Assembly: GCA_012295275.1 (NCBI GenBank)
Contig: CM022670.1
Location: 40,610,001-40,674,000 of the forward strand
DNA: 64,000 nucleotides
Direction: 5' to 3'
From: Chrysomallon squamiferum
Lineage: Eukaryota; Animalia; Mollusca
Of the stretch, positions 11,468 through 22,634 are shown one piece after another (within the stretch, counting starts at the first letter, position 1; every line of letters begins with the position of its first letter). The position numbers were made by a program, and so were the translations under genes. A model generated the notes under the pieces. It did no database searches and was not told where the DNA came from. It saw nothing but the letters and a program-made list of their open reading frames with translations.

Positions 11468-14400
11468 ACAAACACATGCACATAGACACACACACACACA
11501 AGTATGTATGTATATATATATATATATATATATGTATATGTGAAAATGGATATATTGATGTGTGTTTTCATGTATGTATATTCATACATATATGTGTGTG
11601 TGTCTATATGTGTATATGTGTGTGAAGTATGCACATATATAAAAGTAAGTCTGTTTATGTTTGCATGTATGTATCTTAAAATGGATATATTGATGTATTT
11701 GTTTCACTGTAAGTGTGTATATGTGTGTGTGTGTTATATGCATTTATTTGTAAATTTTATAAATACTTTTTTTTTTAACAAGAAATCCATTTGTGGATCA
11801 TTTTTTCTTTGAATATTTTAGCGAGAAAGTTTTATTTAAAAATCTGTCTTAGGTGAAATTAGAGGTTTAACACAATTTTCGTCATGTTCAACATATTAAT
11901 TACATTAGTACATTTTTTTCTTTCAATCAGTGCTGTATATATATATATACTGCAGATCTGTAGTTGAGATATGATGAGGTGTTTGTTAAAACAAAAATTT
12001 ATTAATTTATTAATTAATTTGCTAAATACTTAATAATAATAATAAATGAATATAATTAATAATTTAAATTATTTTTAATTTGTGCAGAACTCACCTTCTC
12101 GACTGGTCAAACATTTTCACTACACATCGTGGCCTGACCGTGGAGTTCTGACAGATGTTGCTTCATTAGTCGAGTTCTATTTCAGAGTGGTCAAAACACA
12201 AGAAGAGTGTCAAAGTCCTCTTGTTGTTCACTGCAGGTAACTGTTATTGTACAGTTTCTGAGGAGAAGATGGCTTGTAACATGCACACCAACACTATTAT
12301 TTGTCAGCTGATTTATTTTGATTATTATTATCTTTACTATTAGATTCATTTCTTCATGAATGTTATATTAGCATAACGACTAAGTTCTGTCACTTTCTTG
12401 AAGTTCTGGATCTACAGATGATTACTGTTATTATCTTTTATAACAGTTGTAAAAGAATGTTATTTATAACTGTATATAATTTAGTATATACTGTATATAT
12501 TTATATTTTTAAAAAATATCTTTTTATATTGGATAAATGGGAAATGTCTTCATATAATTTATAAATGTTGCATAATATATTGTTATAACCAGTCAAAACA
12601 TTAGGAAAACATTATCTAATTAGAAGAAATATAATATTTATATCTGATTTAAAGAGTTCTATTAAGTAATGATGATGTGAGGCAAGGAAAAGGTTTTCAC
12701 AGAATATCTGATAAATACTTCATCAGTCATTTTTAATGATTTTATATAATTTTTTATTCTTTTAATTGACAGTATCATTAAGTAACATGGAAATGATAAA
12801 CTGTTTCAGCATAGAACTACAGTAGAAAAATTATTTATATCTTAACAAAAGTGACATTTATAATATTTATTTAATACACTTTATTATATTTATCTTACAA
12901 ATGTTTAATCTTATTTCAGGGATGGCATTGGGAGAACAGGGATATTTCTTGCACTGGATTATCTGTACGAAGCTTCTAAACATCAAAATTTTGTGAATAT
13001 TTTTCAGTGTGTTAGCAACATGAGACATCAAAGAGTTAACATGGTCCAAACAGTGGTATGTGTGCTACACTCTGAAAATTAACCACACTTTTTCTCTCCA
13101 TGTTGTTAAAATTTTAACTGCTGACTTTTCAGTTAAACAGTTAACTTTTATGTAGTGTTTTGCTTAATGACTTTGCTATGTAATGTTTGATGAGACCAGT
13201 GTAAGTGAACTGGGTCAGTGATGCAGATAAGTGTGGACATTTTTGAAACTATATATGAATAATGGTTGTTACTGTACTTTGAAACAATGAACTATCCTTG
13301 CATGAGTCTGAATAATGCCCAACTAAGTTATAGAATGTTTTAAATAAATCATTTACTTACCGTCATCTAAATCATTTTGAAATTGATCTAAAGGAAAAAA
13401 AATATAAAATAAAATAAACCCAAATTCCCATAGTTTTAAATTATAAGTCTGTAGTACTGTTAGTGTTTACTTATGTTTTCAAACAGAAATAGTAAAGATT
13501 ATTAAGATCATATTTGATGTTTCTAACATTAACTAAATTCTCATGTTTTTTTGTCATAGGAACAGTATGAGTTCTTACATGATGCTCTTGTTGAAGCAGT
13601 CCCAGCTGGAGACACTACAGTGTCATCCCTTGATTTCTTACCAAACTTTGAAAAACTGCAGTCTGTTAACCCAGTGACTGGTGTTGTTAGACTCAGGGAA
13701 CAGTTTGAGGTTGGTTGCTAAATTCAATTTTTATATCGGCAGTTTATCTTACTTTGGTTTTGTTTTATTTGTTTATTTATTTCCTTATTTATTACTTCCT
13801 TGCTTACTTACTTGCTTCCCTACATGTGTGCCTGCCTGCCCACCTACTTCCCGACCTACCTACCTATCTACCTATTGACTTACTTACTTATTTATTTATT
13901 ATTTATTATCATTAAAAATTTCACATAAAGTGCTCCTTTATTTTGGCTTTCTGAGGCTGAATATCTTTATTTAATTTTTCTTCACAGTAAATAAAACTTC
14001 ATATTTATTGCCTTTTTTTCTTTTTTTACTAATTTCAGAAATACATTTTTAACAAAAACAGATAAAATAAAATAAAACAAAAAGCTAAATAATCAAAATT
14101 CCACACAGAAAAAACAACAACAAAAGAAACCCAAACATATTTCCTTTTTTAATTCTAACAACAGGTATTTGAGACTGTTATGATATCACTATTATTTTAA
14201 GATCCTTTCTCATGTTAGATATATTACATCAGAGCAGCCTGCAATAATGGTAGTACAAAAATTATTTCAATATGTTTCATATAAACTGATATAGTATGTT
14301 TTACATAATACTATGTTATTAATTATATAATATTTTCTTTTATAATACTGTCTGATGTACTATATATTATTTATTATATAATTCTTTGTCATTTATTATG

Positions 14401-17400
14401 TAATTTTATTATATACTATTTTATTATATAATACTATATTATTTATTATACTATTTTATTATATAATACTATTATTTATTATATACTATTTTTATATTAT
14501 ATACTATTATCTAAGTTATTATATACTATTTTAATACATAATACTAAGTTATTATATGCTATTTTAATACATAATACTATTTTTGTTATTATATGCTATT
14601 ATATACATAATACTATATTATTTTAACAGCTTCTAAATAAAGTGAGTCCTACAGAGAGCCTAGAGGAATATTCTGCAGAAAGGCTCCTAGATATCCTAGC
14701 AGGTGAGGGTATTTTTCATGTAAATGTTTATGTATATTATTATCTCATTAGGAAAGGTGTGTAAAATATGTTGAAGATAGTTAGATTAAAAACAAAAACA
14801 TTTTTATATTTCTTAAGTTGTTTTACTTTATTATTAACAAAGTTTAGTTTACAGATGACAAAGATTTCAGCCTGTCACATTTATACAGTTTTGTCACAGA
14901 AAAATAATTATATAATGCCTTTAGCTGATGTTTTTAACTCTTGGCAACACTTTAAATGTGAAAATTATAAAGTGATTTTGTTTTCACAATAATTTTAAAG
15001 TGAATTGTGCTAATTTCTTTTCAGCTAATTACTACTGGCCATACTTGTCCACTCCTGTAGAAGGTGGTGTAGATTATATTAATGCTGTTGTATTGCCTGT
15101 ATGTATAATTACTGTACATCTCAACACTCAATAAATGTAATTTAATGCATTTGTTTTAAAATACAATTAAATTGGTAATGAAATGTTATATGTATATGTA
15201 TATGTATATGTAAATATAATTTAGTCACTATTAGAAATATGTATGAATGTAGTTTAATATATACTGGAATAACATATAATTTAATAGATTTTGGACTGTT
15301 TATAGTATAATATAATAGATACTGGAATATCATATACAAATATAATTAAATGGTAAATATATATATAGAAATATATATATGAAAATATACATAGAAATAC
15401 CATGTATGAATATAATGTATACTGGAATATCATGTATAGATATAATTTAATATATACTGGAATATCATTTATAAATATAATTTAATAGATATTGGAATAA
15501 CAAATATAATTTAATAGATTTTGGAATATATATAACATAATTTAATAGTTACTGAAATATCATGTACGATATAATTTAATAGATACTGGAATATCATGTA
15601 TAGATATAATTTAATATAGTCTCGTTTGACCTTTAGGACTAAAATTTCACTCATTGTTTTTATATAGGCTTACAGGAACAAACACATGTTTCTGCTCACG
15701 CAGATGCCATTGAAGAATACAGTGGTTGACTTCTGGAGAATGATTTACAAGACTAATTCTAACACAATAGTCATGTTAAACAGCATCACAGAGCAAAGTC
15801 AGGTAAACATGGTTTAGCAAATTTATTAAATTTTTGAAATTCTTTTAAATGAATGTTCAGGATTATTTGTCTGTTGGCATACTGTAGTTTATGTTATGAT
15901 ACATTATGTTTTGTTGTAGTATGCTATAGTTTTCTGTACAGTCCACTGCATGTATATGCGTGTGTGTTAGTGGCTAGTTCATAGTTATCTGTTGTTCTTA
16001 TTTTAGCATTTATGTATTTGATCAACCTGTTTAAACAATATACACACCCACAGATGACATCCATGAGAAAGACTGTAAATATCATTTCTTATCAATTCAC
16101 AATTTGTTTATTTTTGTTAAAACCATGTCATTTATTAGATGTCATTTCATTTATGGTGATTATTTTTCTGTTTTCTTCTGTTTCTGGTCAACAAAAGTAA
16201 ACAACTGAATGGTGGCAGTGAGTTTCTTTTGCAGATCATCATTATACAAAAACTAACACCAAATGCATATTAATAAAAATACGTTGACCTTTTGTTGTGA
16301 AGATTTTATTTCACTTAATTTTACTAGTCTTTACAGAGTATTGGAATCTACTGGCCAAGTATGGAGTCTGTTGTCAGATTTGGTCCATTTGAAATAGAAA
16401 AGCTGCAGCACGAATCTCTGGACTTTTTCAACATCATCACTTTGTCTTTGAGAAAATGGAAGCATGATCTAGTAAGCTGTGTCTCTTTAATAAATGTATA
16501 ATTTGCTATTTTTTGTTCTAGTCAATGTTGTCAGCTTCACTGGTTATTAAAGTTTATAATGTTCCTGTGGGTTTTTCTTTTTAACAGTAATTTTATATTG
16601 CAGCCATTTCTCCAAAACTGGTTAATGACAAGATGTATAATTTCGTGTCTACATTGATACAGATAAAAATTCCTGTGCTGTGAAAAAAATCAGGCTTCTT
16701 ATAATATTTTTTTTTAAACTATAATAGATTTGACATTCTGTAATTATACACAGAAAACTAATTAGTATTAAATAACATCATTAGTGAAAAAAAATAGTTA
16801 ATTTTAATCATGTGATATCTTTGTTTTAATTTTTTGTAAATGTACAAGTTCTGGGTTTTTATTTTCCGATTTCTTTTTATGTTTTGTTTTGTTGGTATTT
16901 ATTTGTTTTTGTGATTTTTTTAAATACATCTGTCATCATTTATTTATTTATTTTTAATCTGTTGTTATTGCAGAACGGTGAAAAGAAAGAAATTAAGCTG
17001 TTCCAGTGTGTGTTCTGGCCTCATGGTTACATTGTTCCAATGTCAGCTCTTCCTTTGTTTACACTAATGGAGCATGTTGAGAAACAACCTTCAAATGGAC
17101 CAGTCACAGTTCACTGCATGTAAGTCTAAATTCTCCATTCAAAAATAGTTAACATCACACAAGAAGCAGATACTAGTATACTTATAACTTTGTCATGACT
17201 ATTTGTATTATCCTGTCCTTGGGATGGTACATATAAAAGATCCCTTGTTGCTAATGGAAATAATAGTCAGTAGAGTGTTGCAGGTTTCCCCTTGTTATCT
17301 GAATTATCCTTAATGCCATATCTCCAGTGGCAAATAGCTATGATTTAGCTGTATCATCTCTATCATTAAATTGAACATTTCCTTTCATAGACTGTATTTG

Positions 17401-18597
17401 TTTTATTGTTGTCAGTTTCATTTTTTTTTTATATATAAAGTTAAATTTGATTTAACATTTCTCAATAACATTACTCAGTGTAACATAAGTAAAGGATTTT
17501 AGAATAAGTAACATTGAATTAAAACCAAAGTAGTACAGAAATATGTATAGTTAACACAAAACACTGACAAAGACTTAAATAATTGTACTTCCTATTTCAT
17601 GTTCTAGTCAGTAATGTCTGCTTCACTGGTTATCAAAGTTTATAATGTTTTTTCTGTGTTTAACAGTAATTTCTTATTACAGATATTTCTTCAAAATTTG
17701 TTGTTGCCAAGGCATGTAATTTCATGACTACATTGTACAGACAAAAATTCCTGTGCTGTGAAAAAACAGGCTTCTTATAATACTTTTAAAAAAAAAACTA
17801 CAATAGATTTGACATTCTATATTGACAGACAGAAAATTAATGAGTATTAATTAATGTTTCAGTGATGGAGTTGAAAGGTCAGGCCTGTATTGTGTTCTAA
17901 CAGCGATCATTGACAGGGTTAAAATAGAACAAGATGTCAGCATTGTCCAGACCATCAACCAGATGAGAGCTTGCAGAAACCAGCTGATTAGAAGCTATGT
18001 AAGTTAAATCATTTTCCACACTTTCATGTTTATATAATCAAGCAATTCTTTAATGGTTAGTTATAGATAGTTACTGAAACTCTATAATTTTTATTAGTTT
18101 AAATATTGCCTATTTGTTTCTAAATGTTGATTTTTTTTAATGATTTCCTGCCTCACCCACAAAAATGTTATTATTATTATTTTTAATTTTTTAATTTTTT
18201 GTAAACAGAAGAATTCTTTTGTGTATAAAATATTTTGATTTAAAATATGTATTTATTAAATGCTTAGTGATAGAAAATTATACATCAGTAAACTTAAGTA
18301 AATAAAAAAAATGATAATAAATAAATAAATAAATAAATAAAATTAATTAATTAATAAAATAAACACTTTCTAAAATAGATAAATAGATTTTAAACTTTCA
18401 GTTTATGAAATCCTAAATCCTGTTGTCAATAATTATTACTATTATTACTATGGTTAGTTATAGATAGTTACTGAAACTCTATAATTTTTATTAGTTTAAA
18501 TATCACCTATTTATTTATAAATTTTGATATTTTTTTAATTTTTTTTTTATGATTTTCTGCCTCTCCAAAACATTATTATTATTATTATTATTATTAA

Positions 18598-18631
<34 letters not shown>

Positions 18632-18953
18632 TAATTTTGGTGTATAAAAGATTGTCTTTTAAATATGTATTTATGAAATACTTCATGATAGCAACTTATA
18701 TATCAATAAACTTAGTAAATAAAGAAATAAAAAAATAATAATAAGAATAAAAAAAATAAATAAAGAAATAAAATGAATTCATAATAATAACACTTTCAAA
18801 AATAGATAAACAGATTTTAAACTTTCAGTTTATGAAATCCTAAATCCTGTTGTCAATAATTATTACTGTTTTTTTTATTTTCAGACCCAGTTTGAGTTCT
18901 GCTACAAAGCAGTACAGGAGTACTTTGAAAGCTACTCCATTTATTCCAATTAA
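2767..18953 (+). CDS. Receptor-type protein tyrosine phosphatase-like, copy 1 (SP-ShKT-multiEGF-TM-PTP D1-PTP D2), ~1289 aa, 22 coding exons; D1 probably catalytically impaired
   Basis: GT-AG exons join in one frame: 2767-2821, 3500-3628, 4624-6129, 6527-6664, 7226-7343, 7607-7677, 8114-8328, 8766-8853, 9284-9360, 9535-9571, 9768-9865, 11210-11344, 12088-12236, 12920-13055, 13560-13709, 14630-14702, 15025-15098, 15668-15802, 16337-16471, 16974-17119, 17863-17998, 18885-18953. D1 motifs: KNRY, DYINA, YIAAQGP, DFWRMIW, KCxx[21 protein letters not shown], MVQTxEQY. D2 motifs: DYINA, DFWRM, WPHG, VHCIDGVERSG. Confidence 0.92.
3500..3628 (+). CDS. ShKT (ShK toxin-like) domain exon, RPTP copy 1
   Basis: [35 protein letters not shown]: six Cys ending in CxxTCxxC; phase 1-1 exon. 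Confidence 0.85.
4624..6129 (+). CDS. 1506-nt exon encoding tandem EGF/laminin-EGF-like (MEGF10/SCARF-like) repeats, copy 1
   Basis: Within the 512-aa ORF; repeated CxxGxYGxxCxxxCxxxC...CxxxTGxCxxGC units; cag|ATGGT acceptor and AAG|gtatt donor. Confidence 0.93.
7226..7343 (+). CDS. Transmembrane exon, RPTP copy 1
   Basis: [25 protein letters not shown] followed by the basic stop-transfer HRR. Confidence 0.88.
8766..13709 (+). CDS. PTP domain D1 exons (8-15), copy 1
   Basis: All classical PTP motifs in order; signature altered to [12 protein letters not shown]. Confidence 0.92.
11366..11540. repeat. Compound (TG)n/(CA)n/(TA)n microsatellite
   Basis: Direct reading; shorter homologue at 32326-32400. 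Confidence 0.95.
14630..18953 (+). CDS. PTP domain D2 exons (16-22), copy 1
   Basis: [40 protein letters not shown]-terminus SIYSN*. Confidence 0.9.
15215..15618. repeat. Shorter array of the same minisatellite in intron 17 of copy 1
   Basis: Roughly 10 degenerate units of tataatttaatagatactggaatatcat. Confidence 0.8.
17190..17388 (+). mobile_element. Degenerate SINE fragment (Nin/Deu-domain-like) in intron 20 of RPTP copy 1
   Basis: tatcctgtccttgggatggtacatataaaagatcccttgttgctaat resembles, from memory, the TAAAAGATCCC core of Nin/Deu SINEs; not verified by search. Confidence 0.5.
18053..18867 (+). repeat. ~400-bp tandem duplication in the last intron of copy 1
   Basis: atggttagttatagatagttactgaaactc...tgtcaataattattact occurs twice (starts ~18053 and ~18450); single in copy 2. 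Confidence 0.85.
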
Positions 18954-19927
18954 GCATGAATTATTCAGGTGGTTTTCATTGTATAGTAAAGTGAAAGCAG
19001 TTCATATAGGATCTTTTTAAAGGACATACTTCAAAAGTAATTCATGCAAAGGAATAAATAAATGTAAGACTAGATAGAACTGGAAAGATTTTCACTGAAT
19101 CTGTACAGATGTGAATATATCCGGTCATTTTTTTACTGCATTTAGATTTCATGTTTAATAAACCTATCACAGTTGTTTTAAGTTGTGGACAATAATGAGA
19201 CTAACAGTTAAATATGCTGACATCAGTTCTACATGTAGACAGATCAACAGAGGTATTGTTCTTATTTTAAAAAAAAATTATGTAATCAAATTTAGAACAA
19301 TTTTTCAAACGTTGTTATTAATGTTTGTTTTTGTTTTTTGAAAACTTGTTAACCCTTTTCATACAAATTTCAGTTATAATAATTATTATTTTTTTAATTT
19401 TTTTTTTTGTAAATATTTTAGAATATTTAGTAATTAATATTAAAAAATTGATTATATTCAGGTCACTCATTTTTTTTAAATTGCATATTGATAATTATTT
19501 TTAGATTGCTTTTATTGAAATTACATTTTTTATTTGAAGTAAATATTATTTATATAGATTTTGAACACTATTATTTTAATTCTTTTTTAAATGAATTTTT
19601 TGGTATTTTGAAATTGTTCTTTTGACAATATTTTAATTTATGCACAAGATGAAAAAAAGTGCATTCACTTTTTTATCTGTACAGAGACCATAAGATGATT
19701 TGACATATTTCTTCTTATATTCCTTTTTTTTTAATATTATATTTTATTTTTTTTAAATTATTTCAGTTTGTTAAAGTTAATCTAATTAACTTTTTATATA
19801 TAAAAAAAAAAAATCTTAATTTCCATTCCCCCATCAGAATTGGTGATATATCATCATATTTCATTACTGGAAGTTTCTGTTCTGTATTTCATTAACATAC
19901 ATTTTATCACAAATAAATATATTGATT

Positions 19928-20127
19928 NNNNNNNNNNNNNNNNNNNNNNNNNNNNNNNNNNNNNNNNNNNNNNNNNNNNNNNNNNNNNNNNNNNNNNNNN
20001 NNNNNNNNNNNNNNNNNNNNNNNNNNNNNNNNNNNNNNNNNNNNNNNNNNNNNNNNNNNNNNNNNNNNNNNNNNNNNNNNNNNNNNNNNNNNNNNNNNNN
20101 NNNNNNNNNNNNNNNNNNNNNNNNNNN
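19928..20127. other. Assembly gap (200 N)
   Basis: Run of exactly 200 n between the two RPTP copies. Confidence 1.
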
Positions 20128-20297
20128 TCGCGCCGAGTGTTGATCAGTTGACATGCAGACGTCATTACGTGTTCAGATTCTCTCGTCTCTTCTTCTTCCA
20201 TTTAGAGAGAGAGAGAGAGAGATATCTAATTGTGAACATCATTTTTAAACTTGCGTTTCCATCCAAGACTATCTTTTTAAGTAGGAAATAAAAAAAA

Positions 20298-20627
20298 TAT
20301 ATATATATATATATTTTTTTTTTTTTACTAATTTATTCCCTTTTCTTACCTCTGTTTGATGCTCTGAAACAAAAGTGGGAATACAGAAGTAAAACAACAA
20401 CAACGAAACAAACCGAGTTTAAGAACTTTTTGTGTCCTCTATTGAAAAAAGTTGGTCATATATATATATATATACATTTTTTTTTTTTTTTTTTACTAAT
20501 TTATTCCCCTTTCTTACCTCTGTTTGATGCTCTGAAACAAAAGTGGGAATACAGAAGTAAAACAACAACAACGAAACAAACCGAGTTTAAGAACTTTTTG
20601 TGTCCTATATTGAAAAAAGTTGGTCAT
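20298..20627 (+). repeat. ~165-bp tandem duplication upstream of copy 2
   Basis: ttactaatttattccc...gttggtcata occurs twice; single in copy 1 (~1523-1658). Confidence 0.9.
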
Positions 20628-20745
20628 ATTTAGGTTTCTTCATTTGATGACATTCGTAAATGTAGTGAGTATTGCGATGAATATCCAAGGGAAATAAAAA
20701 TTGTAGAAAGATATACACAATAAATGAATGGCTTTTAAATGGCGC

Positions 20746-20779
<34 letters not shown>

Positions 20780-22237
20780 GCAGTTTGTGTCATTGACACT
20801 AGACAAGTGAGTCGAGTCGATGTTCAAACTTGAAACTTTTGGTTTTTTACTTTAAATGGGGATGCTGAATATTAATGAATATAGTTCTTATGTAATACAT
20901 TATCTTCTTACCCATTTTATCTGTAAGTCTGTAACTCTCTCACATACGGATACACAGGTGCATGCACGCATATACACACCTGTATCGGACATAAATAGTA
21001 ATATATATTGACAGATGTCATTTTTAATTCTTTTTTTTTAAAGTTTAATTTTATATCATACTATTATAGCAGTTTCAGATGCACCTTAACATTGAGATAA
21101 TGAAAAAAAAAAAAAAAAAAAAACCAACAAACTTGTATATACAGTGCAAGCCTTCTTTAATTTTATTGGCATCGTGATTTGTTTTTTGTATTTTTGTATT
21201 TTTAAAAGTTTATTTAAATTATTTGTTTTATCACAGATGGTTCAAACAAATCTTTAGGGCAAATATATAATAGTACTAAAAGTATTAAAATAATAATTAA
21301 CATATTGATATGGTTATTAAATTACATTTAGAAATTTAAGAGTAGAAGTGTTTATTTTTCTTCTTTCTTATATTATTAAATATTATAATTTAATATTTTT
21401 GCAGTAGTGTAATAATCTAATAAATTAAAAGTGTTTTTAATTAACAGTAATGTAATTATCAACAGTTAGTAACTCCTGCATCCTGTCATTGATTCTTAAA
21501 TGGGGTTTCAGTTTCAACTTCCTGTTTGGCATAGTTATGACATTTGACTTTTAATTGTTGGAGGATATTATCTGCAACTATAAATGGACTGATGATTAAT
21601 ATTTGAAAGTGTTATTTTATTATCTTTATATACTTGAGTTACAGGAAAGAATGATAAACAAACATAGTTTAGCGTATCCTGATAATGATACAAAACAGTA
21701 AGTGAGGTAAATTAGTTAAGTTTCAAGTATTAATTGTGTAGTTTTAAATTGTAACATTACTTACTCATATTATTTGTCTTGTATATTTAGCTTAGAGCTA
21801 AAACACACACACACTCCAATCTTCTTTTGCTACCATCTTTAGCTTTCATTTTAACTTTATAATTTTATGTTTTTATTAAAGTTGTTATTACATCTGTAAA
21901 ATTGATGTGTTATTCAGTTAACATTTTATTGAACTTGCTAATGATTTGAGTGATTGTTAGAGTCAGGTTCCATTAAGTGTGTGTGGGTGGGGGTGGTGAA
22001 TTGCTGTATCTGAATCATATGTTTTTTTGATTTTGTGAACATGCAAATAATATCGTGCTTCTCATCAGCATTTCCTAATGATCTAAAATACTTAAAATCA
22101 CAAATAATTCTTTATTGCAATTGCTTTCATTCCACAAAAATAAGAACACCATTAACTGTAAGAAAAATAAATGAATATGAATAATAATAAAGTAAGAATG
22201 GTAATGTGATTAATGAATGTAATTATTTAAGATACTG

Positions 22238-22273
<36 letters not shown>

Positions 22274-22634
22274 ATAATAATAATAATAATTACTCTAATA
22301 TAATATTAATAAATGTAATAATAATTCTTGTTATAACAATAGTAAAAATACCAGAATTAATAAGAATAATTATAAAAATAAAGGAATAATAATACAATTA
22401 CTACAGTTGTTAATAATAAAAATAATATTTAATAATAATTTGTACTAATATTAATAACATAACTCTGATATTTTATTACAACAGTCTGTAATGGATTATC
22501 CTGGACAAGTTGAACAGATCACAGTTAACGAATGGCTTAAATATGTTTTCTGGAGTTTAACCTGGAAAACCAGACATTATCTGAAGATAAAATGTAGTTT
22601 TGTTACAGTTTGAATATAATTATCTAACAGAAAC

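Larger units (their letters stand above)
1464..19927 (+). repeat. Segmental tandem duplication unit 1 (homologous to ~20240-41313)
   Basis: Collinear similarity from 'catttttaaacttgc' to 'aataaatatattg', where unit 1 is cut by the gap. Confidence 0.92.

Noticed and set aside
11249-11812. ORFs with VC/HT repeats (also 6692-6939, 32208-32493)
   Set aside because: Translations of (TG)n/(CA)n microsatellites.
19840-20201. ORFs containing X runs
   Set aside because: Artefacts of the N gap.
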